Assembly (NCBI GenBank): GCA_016788665.1 | Contig: JAEUSF010000001.1 | Coordinates: 129,137-193,136, forward strand | Reading direction: 5' to 3' | Length of the DNA: 64,000 bases | Source of the DNA: Candidatus Doudnabacteria bacterium | GTDB taxonomy: Bacteria > Patescibacteriota > Doudnabacteria > UBA920 | In this document: positions 29,814-38,778 of the stretch, piece by piece | Layout of the letters: each line of letters opens with the position of its first letter | Position numbering within the stretch: position 1 is the first letter of the stretch | The notes under the pieces: generated by a model | Databases searched by the model: none | Told to the model about the DNA's origin: nothing | Seen by the model: only the letters and a program-made list of their open reading frames with translations | Translations under genes and position numbers: made by a program

Positions 29814-31541
29814 TTATCCCCATTCTATAGTAACTGGGGGTTTGTCGGAAATTCTGTAGACTACTCCGCCGACTTCGCGGACTTCGTTGGTTATGCGTTG
29901 GCTAACATGCTTTAAAAAGTCGTAAGGTAGTTCTGCCGCTCTGGCAGTAAAGCCGTTTACGCTCCATACAGCCCAGAGGGCTATAACATGTCCTTCGGCT
30001 GAGTCATCGCCTTTGGTGCAGGTTATGTAGGAGTTGGTAACGACTGCTCCGGCTTGCCAGATTTGGCTATATAAAGACATGGACAATTCTTTAACTCCCC
30101 CTTGCCCCCTCTTTTGAAAAGAGGGGGAAGCGAGAGAAGACTTCCAGTTTTTTAGTTCTTCTACAAAAATGCCGTCTACTTTCCTGGCAGTGTGGAGTTT
30201 TTCTGCTGTTATTTCGCCTTCTATGCGCACAACAAGTCCGGGGCCTGGGAATGGATGCCTTACCAGCAATTCTTCCGGTACGCCAATTTCGCGGCCAATT
30301 TGTCTACCTGTGTCCTTAACCGAGTCTACTAAAGGTTGCAGTTCCGGTAGGGAGAATTTTAAGTTTACGTTGTGGTGGATTTTAATTTGGGCTTTACGTG
30401 CGCCGCTCTTATAACCGCCGCCGCTTTCGGACACGTCGGTATACAAAGTTCCTTGGGCTAAGAAGTCGGCTTTAAACTTTTTGGCTTCGGTTTCTAAAAT
30501 TTTTTTATATACTCCGCGCATGGCCATACGCTTGTCGCGCATAACTTTTTTACCTTTAAGTGCTTTTAAAAATTCTTTGGTAGCGTCTACTATTTTTATG
30601 TCTATCCAGTTTGCTTTACCAAAGTATTTTATAACATTGGCCTCGTCGTCCGGACGGTCTATGCCTTTTATATAAATTCCACGAACGGGAAGATGACCGT
30701 CATTCTCTTTCTGAGAATGACGGTCATCTAAAGCATGTTTAAGCAGGTAGGCGACAACAGCAGAGTCGGTTCCGCCGGAAAGGGCAAGTAAAACTTTTTT
30801 TCTCGCGATTTGGTTTTTTAGCTGTTCAATTTTAGTCTGGGCAACCGAAGCGGCAGGGAAGCGGTCGCGGGCTTTGCAAATTATAAAAACAAAGTTTTCC
30901 AAAATTTTTCCACCAAATTCGCTTTCGGTTACTTCTGGGTGGAACTGTACTCCGTATAAGTGTTTGTATTCCGCGGCGGAAGCAGGAGCATTTTCGGTAG
31001 AGCCTAAAATTTTAAGTTTTTTGTCCGCTGCTATTTTGTCACCGTGGCTTTCAAGTACTAAAGAATGCGTTGGTATGTCTTTAAATAGTGGAGACTTGCC
31101 GTGTAGTTTAAATTTATGGGTGCCAAACTCTCTTTTGTCAGATAGCGAAACATTTACGCCAACATGGTACGCCCACATTTGAAAACCTAAACAAATCCCT
31201 AAAGTAGGAATACCCATGTCAAAAATTTTTCCTTCAAAAGGCGGGTATTCGTAAGCAGAGGAAGGTCCGCCGGAGAGTATAATGCCTTTAGGTTCAAGTT
31301 TTTTTACGTCTTCCGCCTTTACTTTGCTGGGGTCTGCAACTAGGCAAAATACGCCAAGAGCGTCGAGCTGTTGTTTTATAAGGTGGTCGAACTGGCTACC
31401 CATGGAAAACAACAAAAAAAGCTCGTCGGTTTTACGCACGCGCTTTTCTTCGGCAATTTCCTGTAAAGTTTTTTCTGAAGTGTTGGTTAAAGTGTTTAGC
31501 ATATTATTTTGGATTTTAGCATAACTTAGTTGTTTATTCAA
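29814..31541 (-). CDS. guaA: GMP synthase (glutamine-hydrolysing)
   Basis: class I GATase, PP-loop SGGTDS, conserved C-terminal dimerisation domain; 575 aa with extra N-terminal residues. Confidence 0.85.
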   Translation of the reverse strand: MNKQLSYAKIQNNMLNTLTNTSEKTLQEIAEEKRVRKTDELFLLFSMGSQFDHLIKQQLDALGVFCLVADPSKVKAEDVKKLEPKGIILSGGPSSAYEYPPFEGKIFDMGIPTLGICLGFQMWAYHVGVNVSLSDKREFGTHKFKLHGKSPLFKDIPTHSLVLESHGDKIAADKKLKILGSTENAPASAAEYKHLYGVQFHPEVTESEFGGKILENFVFIICKARDRFPAASVAQTKIEQLKNQIARKKVLLALSGGTDSAVVAYLLKHALDDRHSQKENDGHLPVRGIYIKGIDRPDDEANVIKYFGKANWIDIKIVDATKEFLKALKGKKVMRDKRMAMRGVYKKILETEAKKFKADFLAQGTLYTDVSESGGGYKSGARKAQIKIHHNVNLKFSLPELQPLVDSVKDTGRQIGREIGVPEELLVRHPFPGPGLVVRIEGEITAEKLHTARKVDGIFVEELKNWKSSLASPSFQKRGQGGVKELSMSLYSQIWQAGAVVTNSYITCTKGDDSAEGHVIALWAVWSVNGFTARAAELPYDFLKHVSQRITNEVREVGGVVYRISDKPPVTIEWG

Positions 31542-31614
31542 AGAAGGGCCGAGGTGTTTTTATGGGTGCTCAGACAAAGAAAAAGCCCTACCTTGGAGGG
31601 TAGGACTGTTTCTT

Positions 31615-31688
31615 TGGTGGACCATCGGAGAATCGAACTCCGACATGCCGGATGCAAACCGGCCGCACTACCATTATGCTAATGGCCC
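31615..31688 (-). tRNA. tRNA-Ala(TGC), CCA encoded
   Basis: cloverleaf by hand; anticodon loop TTTGCAT; G3:U70 identity pair; hairpin plus T-run downstream. Confidence 0.8.
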
Positions 31689-31992
31689 AAGTATTTTTTT
31701 GAGAAACCTTCTTCCAGCCGCTGATTTAAAATATAATTCTCTTTTTCTTGCTTCTAAAGCTGTCGCGTACTGCTCTGTATATACCACCCGCAATCCTGAC
31801 ATTTTGCTGGTTGTTCTGGTGTGACCAGATATATGTTCCTTTAATCGCCTGTCGAGGTTATTTGTAAATCCTTTATATAACTTATTTTTATCATCTTTCA
31901 ATATATAAACAGTATACATATTGTTTCCGCACCCCGCCCGTACCGAACGGTACGTTCGGGCGGGTACCATTATGCTAATGGCCCAAGTATTT
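31669..31992 (-). mobile_element. 296-bp GIY-YIG cassette flanked by 28-bp direct repeats duplicating the tRNA-Ala 5' end
   Basis: identical taccattatgctaatggcccaagtattt at 31669-31696 and 31965-31992; GC-rich hairpin 31934-31965 between repeat and ORF. Confidence 0.55.
31674..31919 (-). CDS. stand-alone GIY-YIG endonuclease (81 aa)
   Basis: MYTVYILKD..KLYKGFTNNLDRRLKEH GIY-YIG core; stop codon lies inside tRNA-Ala 5' end. Confidence 0.6.
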   Translation of the reverse strand: MYTVYILKDDKNKLYKGFTNNLDRRLKEHISGHTRTTSKMSGLRVVYTEQYATALEARKRELYFKSAAGRRFLKKILGPLA

Positions 31993-32025
31993 AAAGCAGA
32001 TGATGTAAAATATAAGATGTAAGAT

Positions 32026-32271
32026 TTAGGGGAGGGGGACAGGGGTTACAGACGAGCCTTGAGGAAGCATACCAAATAACCAAAGTACAGACAATATGCA
32101 AAGGCCTAAACCAAATAACTTCCACCAGGTGTAGGTGCCAGCGCCTATTCCTGTGCCTAAATATTTTTCAGCCAAGTCTATTTTACCTGTGAATTGGTCA
32201 GTGATAGACACGGAATACTTCATAATAAGTATTCCCAAAGCAAACACTAGTGGGGCTAAAAAGAAGCGCAT
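32026..32271 (-). CDS. small hypothetical membrane protein
   Basis: 81 aa, 2 TM. Confidence 0.35.
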   Translation of the reverse strand: MRFFLAPLVFALGILIMKYSVSITDQFTGKIDLAEKYLGTGIGAGTYTWWKLFGLGLCILSVLWLFGMLPQGSSVTPVPLP

Positions 32272-32406
32272 GGTAAGTGTGAAGATTTTTTAGTCCTACT
32301 TCGCTAAAGCTTCGTAGGACACTTCTTCGCGTGTAATATTAAATGTTATCTATTAAATAGGTTGTGTAAATAACAATGCTTGCACTTCGTAGCCTTGGCG
32401 AAGAAG

Positions 32407-32483
32407 TGGTGGGCGTGCCAAGAATCGAACTTGGGACCTCGTCATTATCAGTGACGCGCTCTAACCATCTGAGCTACACGCCC
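32407..32483 (-). tRNA. tRNA-Ile(GAT), CCA encoded
   Basis: GGGCGTGTAGCTCAGATGGTTAGAGC...anticodon loop CTGATAA...TTCGATT; candidate promoter TTGTCA-18-TAAAAT upstream. Confidence 0.8.
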
Positions 32484-32642
32484 CTACTACGTACAAGGCT
32501 TTGTATAGCAAGCCTTACACAAAACATGTTACGTACAAAGTATTTTATCATGAATATCACCATTTTGACAACCCTTATAGAATATAGTATTGTGAAGTAA
32601 ATAAACTCGCTAAATTTCGAAACAAAATCTTTTAAAAACTTA

Positions 32643-33665
32643 ATGTTTTTTAATAATCTTTTTACCAAAAAAAGCTCGGTCGTGGGCATTGATATTGGTA
32701 CGGCCAATATCAAAGTTGCCCAAATTGCTCATGTAAATGAGCCGGTTTTGGAAACTTATGGCATGGTAAATGCTCCGTATGTCCTTGGCGCCAGCCATGG
32801 TGCTGAAGCAGTAGAAAAAACAGCCGAAATTTTAAAGAGGCTTTTTGATAAAGCTGGAATAACTACCAATCAGTGTGTAATAAGCTTCCCGAATAGTTCG
32901 GTTTTTACTTCGGTTTTAGAATTGCCGAATATGGATGAGTCAGAAATGACGTCGGCGGTCGAGTTTGAGGCAAAGAAATATGTTCCTCTGGCGTTGTCGG
33001 ACATAGACCTTTCATGGACGGTTCTTTCCAAAGACGTTTTGTCGGGTAAAACCGTTAAAATTTTACTTACAGCTGTCCCGAAACAAATAACTCAGAATTA
33101 TTTGGCGGTATTGGGCAAGTTGGGGCTGAAGGCTCAGGCCGGAGAAATTGAAGCTTTAGCTTTAATACGCTCTTTAATAGGTGGGGAGAAGTTAAATTGT
33201 GTTATAATAGATATAGGTTCTAAGGCTACGAGTTTAAATATAGTTGAAAACGGTTTCTTGCGGCTTAGTAGAAACTTAAACGTAGGTGGGGAAACAATAA
33301 CTCAAAAAATTTCTGAAAGTTTAAGAATCTCACTTCCTCGGGCAGAACAGTTTAAAAAAGATTTTGGAGTTAGCAGCTCTACTTTTATGCCTGAGACTAT
33401 AAAGCCAGTGCTTAACATTATAAAAAATGAAGTTAAGCAGCTGCTTATGATATACCAATCTCAAAATGTTAGAGTAGACAAGTTGGTGTTGGTGGGCGGA
33501 GGAGCATTTTTACCAGGAATAAGCGACTTTTTTTCAGATTTGAAGGTTAAAGTTGAGCTGGGAAATCCTTTAAAAAACATTGCTTTCTCCCAGGATGTAG
33601 AGTCTATTTTAAAAAGATATAATTTGAATTTAGCTATAGCCATTGGCTTGGCTTTACGGAAATAA
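32643..33665 (+). CDS. pilM: type IV pilus assembly ATPase-fold protein PilM
   Basis: actin-like fold N-terminus VGIDIGTANIKVAQI. Confidence 0.8.
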   Translation: MFFNNLFTKKSSVVGIDIGTANIKVAQIAHVNEPVLETYGMVNAPYVLGASHGAEAVEKTAEILKRLFDKAGITTNQCVISFPNSSVFTSVLELPNMDESEMTSAVEFEAKKYVPLALSDIDLSWTVLSKDVLSGKTVKILLTAVPKQITQNYLAVLGKLGLKAQAGEIEALALIRSLIGGEKLNCVIIDIGSKATSLNIVENGFLRLSRNLNVGGETITQKISESLRISLPRAEQFKKDFGVSSSTFMPETIKPVLNIIKNEVKQLLMIYQSQNVRVDKLVLVGGGAFLPGISDFFSDLKVKVELGNPLKNIAFSQDVESILKRYNLNLAIAIGLALRK

Positions 33666-33683
33666 AACCTAAAATAAACAAAC

Positions 33684-34250
33684 ATGGCAGAGATTAATTT
33701 ACTAAAAAACCCAAGTGGTAATGCGAGCACTTGGCAAACCGCAGCCTCAGTATTAGTTAAGGTGTTGGTGTTTTTGGCTGTGGGAGTTGTAGCATACTAT
33801 GTATTTTTGTATTTTAAATTAGAGTCTGCTAAAGACGAAGTTGTCATGGTGGAAAACAATATTGTAGAAAATAAAAAAGCTGCGCTTAACATGCCAGGTA
33901 GGGAAGAGCTTTTAAGTCGTCAGCTTCAGCTTAAGGAGTTTGCGGCCGTAACTGCTGGCCACGCCTATTATTCAAAGTTTTTACCAGCTTTGGCCAAAGT
34001 AACTTTAAAAAATGCTTATTTTACAAATATTAGCTTAAATAACCAGGGAAAAATGTCTATGCAGGCGGTTGTGCCTACTTTGCTTGACTTAGACAAGTTT
34101 TTGCAGGTTTTTAATGATCCGCTAGTAAGCAGTAATTTTTATAATGTAAGGCTTGGTGGTTTTACAAAGGCTGAAGACCAAAACGGGCCTGTTTATACTT
34201 TTAACATTCAATTAGATTTTAATCCGGCCATCTTGGCGGGAGGTCAATAA
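33684..34250 (+). CDS. pilN: PilN-like bitopic pilus assembly protein
   Basis: INLLK start, single TM, position after pilM. Confidence 0.6.
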   Translation: MAEINLLKNPSGNASTWQTAASVLVKVLVFLAVGVVAYYVFLYFKLESAKDEVVMVENNIVENKKAALNMPGREELLSRQLQLKEFAAVTAGHAYYSKFLPALAKVTLKNAYFTNISLNNQGKMSMQAVVPTLLDLDKFLQVFNDPLVSSNFYNVRLGGFTKAEDQNGPVYTFNIQLDFNPAILAGGQ

Positions 34251-34253
34251 TTT

Positions 34254-34877
34254 ATGGCTCCAGAATTGCCAAAAAGTTTTTCAAAGCTCCAGTTACCCCC
34301 AATAAATAAACAAAATCAAACCAGTTTGGTTGAAATTGTTTTATTGGTGGTTATTGTTGTACTGTTTTATTGGTTTGTAATAACTCCTAAAAAAGCTGAA
34401 CTGGCTGACGAAAAAGAAAGGCTGGATGTTTTAAAGATAGAGCAGTCTAGTATAGATTCGCAAAAGCGAGACCTTGAGAGGTTTATACGAACCATGAAGA
34501 CCGACCCTGCTTCTTTAACTAAGCTTGACGAGGCACTGCCTTTAGACGGCAAGGTTATGATTCTTCACTTGCTTGTTGAAAAGTTGGCTTCCGAAGCCGG
34601 AATTGTTTTAGATAATGTGACTTTTAACGGCGGCGGTGACTCTGTTGCCTCCGGAAATAGGGAATTTATAAAAAACCCATACTCAGAGAAAAGGACTTTG
34701 AAAAAGATACTTGGAAATGTAAATGTTAAAGGTCAATTTAGCCAAATACAAAGCTTTTTAGAAAAGCTAGAGGAAAGCGGTAGAATTTTTGATATTAGTG
34801 ATTTTCAAATAAATGCGACTCCTGAAGGGGAGATTAGTATGTCGGCGGGACTCACAACGTATTATTTTGCTCCGTAA
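34254..34877 (+). CDS. pilO: PilO-like pilus assembly protein
   Basis: single TM, coiled-coil then globular domain. Confidence 0.5.
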   Translation: MAPELPKSFSKLQLPPINKQNQTSLVEIVLLVVIVVLFYWFVITPKKAELADEKERLDVLKIEQSSIDSQKRDLERFIRTMKTDPASLTKLDEALPLDGKVMILHLLVEKLASEAGIVLDNVTFNGGGDSVASGNREFIKNPYSEKRTLKKILGNVNVKGQFSQIQSFLEKLEESGRIFDISDFQINATPEGEISMSAGLTTYYFAP

Positions 34878-35075
34878 CTATAACTTGTTTTGAATACAAC
34901 GCATTATGTCCAAATTCCCCAGATAGCAGACTTAAGAATCCTTATATTTTGGCTAAATGCACTAACCGCAAAGACTTCGGCTAAAATTACTAATTAAAAT
35001 TAGATATTAAAACCTGTTGGCTTAAAAAAAGATTTAATATCGGGTGTGAAGTCAGCCAGGTAAATTAAGATCGCT

Positions 35076-35390
35076 ATGAATAAAAAGAATTTAATTCAAG
35101 TATTGGTAATTGTTGCTTGCTTTGCGGCAAGCGGTATTGTAATTTATAATAATTTTTTAAAAAAACCTGCCTTACCAAGCTCCCAAATGGCTCCTGTGAG
35201 CCAGGCCCAGGTTGAGGCTCCTATTTTACCTAATGGTAGCGCTTTCGATTTGGCTCCGGTTAAAAACTCTAAACTTAGGTTTAACTTAATTGAGTATCCA
35301 AGGCTTAACTTTAACCAAGATGTTGGACTACCGGAGGACCAGGTTTTAAAGCCGCTCCGTGTTATACAGGACGGCTCCGGCTCCAACTAA
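35076..35390 (+). CDS. small bitopic protein (possible PilP-like component)
   Basis: TM then Pro-rich region; 104 aa. Confidence 0.35.
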   Translation: MNKKNLIQVLVIVACFAASGIVIYNNFLKKPALPSSQMAPVSQAQVEAPILPNGSAFDLAPVKNSKLRFNLIEYPRLNFNQDVGLPEDQVLKPLRVIQDGSGSN

Positions 35391-35399
35391 CATAAAATA

Positions 35400-37151
35400 A
35401 TGGCTACCACAAAGCCAAATACAACCGATGACGGGCAAAGTTTTGCAAATTTTTTGGTCCAGAATGGTTTTGTTTCGGCCCCGGTTATTGAGCAGGTAGA
35501 AGCAGTAAGAAACAAGACCGGACAAGACTTAACACAACTTTTAATTGCAAGAAATATTTTGCCTGAAGAAGACGCTACCAAAGCCAAGGCAGCGTTTTTC
35601 AGCATACCTTACGTTGACCTGAAACAAATACAAATACCGTCCCAGGTTACAAGCTTGATTCCCCAGGAATCCATAAATTTTTATAATTTTGTACCATTTG
35701 AGTTGAGCGGAAATTTGCTTAAGGTGGCAATAACCGACCCGGGTAATTTATCTGCCCTACAGGCATTGGAATTTTTAGGCCAAAAGCAGAATTTGCAAGT
35801 TCAGCTATATTTGGCTTCGGAAACTTCCGTGGGGATTGCGATCGGGAAAAAGCAAAATTTAAAACGAGTTGTCGGTCAGGCTTTAAAAGATATAGAGACC
35901 AAAGAGGACGTAAAACGCCCGGCAATAGAAAAAAAGGCAGCTGAACCCCAGGTTATAGAAGACGCTCCTATTATAAAAATTGTAGAAGTCATTTTGAGCA
36001 ACGCTATAGAAGGCAATGCTTCCGATATACATATTGAACCTTCCGAAAAAGACGTTCGCGTAAGGTATAGAATAGACGGCATTTTGCATACTTCGCTGGT
36101 TTTGCCAAAAAATGTTTTGGCGGCTGTAGTAACCCGTATAAAAATATTGTCTAACTTAAAAATAGATGAATCCAGGCTTCCTCAAGACGGACGTTTTCAT
36201 ATGGAAGTTGGAAAAAAATCTGTAGATTTGCGCGTCTCTATTTTGCCTTTAATATATGGCGAAAAAATAGTTATGCGTATTTTGGACAAGACTGGGTCTG
36301 TTCCTACGCTTGAGCAGTTGGGTCTTCGGGGCAAGGCGCTTACATGGGTACAAGAAAATATTAAGAAGACTCATGGAATATTTTTAATTACAGGTCCGAC
36401 CGGAAGTGGTAAGTCGACTACTTTGTATGCCATTTTGTCCATTTTAAACACTCCGAACGTAAACATTGTTACTTTGGAAGACCCGGTTGAGTATTTTATG
36501 GAAGGAGTTAACCAAAGCCAGGTAAATGCTGAAATTGGCTTAACTTTTGCTGCAGGACTTAGGAGTATTTTGAGGCAAGATCCTAACATTGTTATGGTAG
36601 GAGAAATTCGTGACAAGGAAACTGCGGAATTGGCAGTGCACGCGGCTTTGACAGGTCACTTGGTGTTTTCGACTCTGCATACCAACAACTCCATTGGTGC
36701 TATGCCTCGTATGATAGACATGGGTATAGAGCCTTTTTTGCTTACGGCATCGGTTAATGTTGTCATGGCGCAGCGTTTAGTCAGAAAAATTTGTCCGCAT
36801 TGTAAACAAGAGGCGGAAATTAATCCAGGTTTGATACTGGAAATGAAACGAGATTTAGTGGGAGTGCCAAAAGAGTATTTGGAGGGTCTTGATACTGAAA
36901 ACTTAAAGGCATATAAAGGAGCGGGCTGTGAAAAATGCGGACATACTGGGTATGTGGGCAGGTATGGAATTTTTGAAGTATTGCCGGTTACCAACGAAAT
37001 ACAAGACATGGTTTTGTCTAAAGCTTCTACTCACAAAATATACGAAGCTGCGGCAAAAATGGGTATGATAACAATGAAGCAAGACGGGACTTTAAAAGTT
37101 TTGAGGGGTGAAACCACAACAGACGAAATAATCCGCGTAACTACTGAATAG
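35400..37151 (+). CDS. pilB: type IV pilus extension ATPase PilB/GspE
   Basis: GspE_N domain, Walker A GPTGSGKSTTLYA, tetracysteine CPHC..C..C. Confidence 0.85.
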   Translation: MATTKPNTTDDGQSFANFLVQNGFVSAPVIEQVEAVRNKTGQDLTQLLIARNILPEEDATKAKAAFFSIPYVDLKQIQIPSQVTSLIPQESINFYNFVPFELSGNLLKVAITDPGNLSALQALEFLGQKQNLQVQLYLASETSVGIAIGKKQNLKRVVGQALKDIETKEDVKRPAIEKKAAEPQVIEDAPIIKIVEVILSNAIEGNASDIHIEPSEKDVRVRYRIDGILHTSLVLPKNVLAAVVTRIKILSNLKIDESRLPQDGRFHMEVGKKSVDLRVSILPLIYGEKIVMRILDKTGSVPTLEQLGLRGKALTWVQENIKKTHGIFLITGPTGSGKSTTLYAILSILNTPNVNIVTLEDPVEYFMEGVNQSQVNAEIGLTFAAGLRSILRQDPNIVMVGEIRDKETAELAVHAALTGHLVFSTLHTNNSIGAMPRMIDMGIEPFLLTASVNVVMAQRLVRKICPHCKQEAEINPGLILEMKRDLVGVPKEYLEGLDTENLKAYKGAGCEKCGHTGYVGRYGIFEVLPVTNEIQDMVLSKASTHKIYEAAAKMGMITMKQDGTLKVLRGETTTDEIIRVTTE

Positions 37152-37152
37152 T

Positions 37153-37575
37153 ATGAATTATATTGAAAAGCAAAAATTTAATCTGTACGAGCTTGTAGGG
37201 GAGAGCGTGAGGAAAAAGCGCATACTCTTGCTTGAGCCCGAATATTATTCACGCGGGTTGTATGCCAGGCACTTAAAGCTAGGCGGAATGCATGTTGTAT
37301 GTGCTGAAAATATGGACCATTGCATTTTTATGGTCAAAACCTGTGAGCCCGACTTGGCCCTTATAAGTCCTCATAGCGAAAGAGATTTAAATAAGTTTAT
37401 AGACAAGTTAAAAGATTTGAGAAAAGAGCATGAATTTTTACCTATAATGACCATCGGACAATATTTACCCTCGGATATTTTAGGTAAAATGATGAACTTG
37501 GGAGTGGCCAGTCATATGGAGAAGCGTTTAAGCAGGCCAAAAGATGTGGTGCTTATAATAAAAACATTTATATAA
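37153..37575 (+). CDS. degenerate receiver (pseudo-REC) domain protein
   Basis: CheY-like topology with acidic pocket DD replaced by EP and phospho-Asp by Ser (LALISP); T and K positions retained. Confidence 0.45.
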   Translation: MNYIEKQKFNLYELVGESVRKKRILLLEPEYYSRGLYARHLKLGGMHVVCAENMDHCIFMVKTCEPDLALISPHSERDLNKFIDKLKDLRKEHEFLPIMTIGQYLPSDILGKMMNLGVASHMEKRLSRPKDVVLIIKTFI

Positions 37576-37603
37576 AATAAAAACAGAATTAAGTATAAAA
37601 TAT

Positions 37604-38674
37604 ATGTACAAAGTCAGTGAATTAGAATTAAACAAATTGCTTTCCCTCTTAATGGAAAGAGATGCTTCCGACCTTCACCTTATGGTTGGGGAGCCTCCTG
37701 TTATAAGGGTGGATACTCAGTTAATAAGACTCGATAATTATCAGGCTTTGAGCGCTGACAATATTAACGACTTGCTTAAAGTTTTGCTACATGAAGCTCA
37801 GAAGAAAATTTTTGCCCAGAATTTGCAAGTAGACTTTTCTTACGCTTTTAAGGAAAATATTCGCTTTAGGGTCAACGCTTACATGCATAAGGGTACTCCG
37901 GCTATTGCTATGCGCGTTATACCTACTCGCATAAAAACTCTGGACGAACTGAACTTGCCTGGAATTTTAAAAAAATTCACCGAAAAAAAACAAGGTTTGG
38001 TTCTAATGGTGGGTCCGACTGGGCATGGTAAGTCCACCGCCTTAGCTTCCCTAATTAACGAAATAAATAACACCCGAGATGGACACATTTTAACCATAGA
38101 GGATCCGGTGGAGTTTATATTTTCTGCCAACAAATGTATTATCAGCCAGCGCGAAGTTCTCATGGACACACCTGACTTTTCCAGCGCTTTGAAATCGGCT
38201 TTACGAGAAGACATAAACGTCGTGTTGGTAGGAGAAATGCGCGATTTAGAGTCTATTTCAACTACTTTAACCATAGCGGAAACTGGGCACTTGGTTTTTG
38301 CGACTTTACATACCAACGATGCCGCTCAAAGTATTGACCGTATTGTGGATGTTTTTCCTCCGGGCCAGCAGGCTCAAATAAGGAGTCAGTTATCAAGTGT
38401 ATTGGTGGGCGTAGTAAGCTTGAGGCTGTTGCCCAAAATTGGCGGTGGTAGGGTGCCTGCATATGAAATTTTGGTTTCCAATCACGCTGTTCGAAATGTT
38501 ATACGTGACAACAAGGTTTACGAGATACCGAATATTATTCATACAAGCTTGGAAGAAGGTATGATCCCTTTAGACAAAACTTTGGCTTTGCTTGTTAAAC
38601 AAGGGGTGGTAGAATTTGAAGTGGCTCAGAATTTTGTTTTGGACAATGAATATTTCTTGTCATTAATATCTTAA
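37604..38674 (+). CDS. pilT: twitching-motility retraction ATPase PilT
   Basis: Walker A GPTGHGKSTALAS, 356 aa. Confidence 0.85.
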   Translation: MYKVSELELNKLLSLLMERDASDLHLMVGEPPVIRVDTQLIRLDNYQALSADNINDLLKVLLHEAQKKIFAQNLQVDFSYAFKENIRFRVNAYMHKGTPAIAMRVIPTRIKTLDELNLPGILKKFTEKKQGLVLMVGPTGHGKSTALASLINEINNTRDGHILTIEDPVEFIFSANKCIISQREVLMDTPDFSSALKSALREDINVVLVGEMRDLESISTTLTIAETGHLVFATLHTNDAAQSIDRIVDVFPPGQQAQIRSQLSSVLVGVVSLRLLPKIGGGRVPAYEILVSNHAVRNVIRDNKVYEIPNIIHTSLEEGMIPLDKTLALLVKQGVVEFEVAQNFVLDNEYFLSLIS

Positions 38675-38778
38675 GTTCGCAGAAACGCAGATTAGGCGGA
38701 TAGACAGATGCAAAACTATATTGTGTTCTGTAAAAAATATCCGAGATATCTGCGGCATCCGCGTAGCAGTGAATATAA

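Noticed and set aside
30105-30127. Perfect 23-bp palindrome ccccctcttttgaaaagaggggg inside guaA, considered as an inserted element or terminator
   Set aside because: It stays in frame and encodes a short low-complexity linker (..SFQKRGQGG..). Functional guaA domains continue on both sides. It could still act as an intragenic RNA structure, but nothing suggests mobility.
31934-31992. Upstream partial copy of tRNA-Ala considered as a second tRNA gene
   Set aside because: Only the first 20 nt of the tRNA are duplicated. The downstream sequence forms a GC hairpin and has no anticodon or T arms, so it is a target duplication rather than a gene.
34878-35075. 198-nt gap between pilO-like and the next gene, scanned for a riboswitch (for example c-di-GMP) or tRNA
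   Set aside because: There is no match to riboswitch cores I know and no cloverleaf, only a small hairpin (ccgcaaagacttcggc). Left unannotated.
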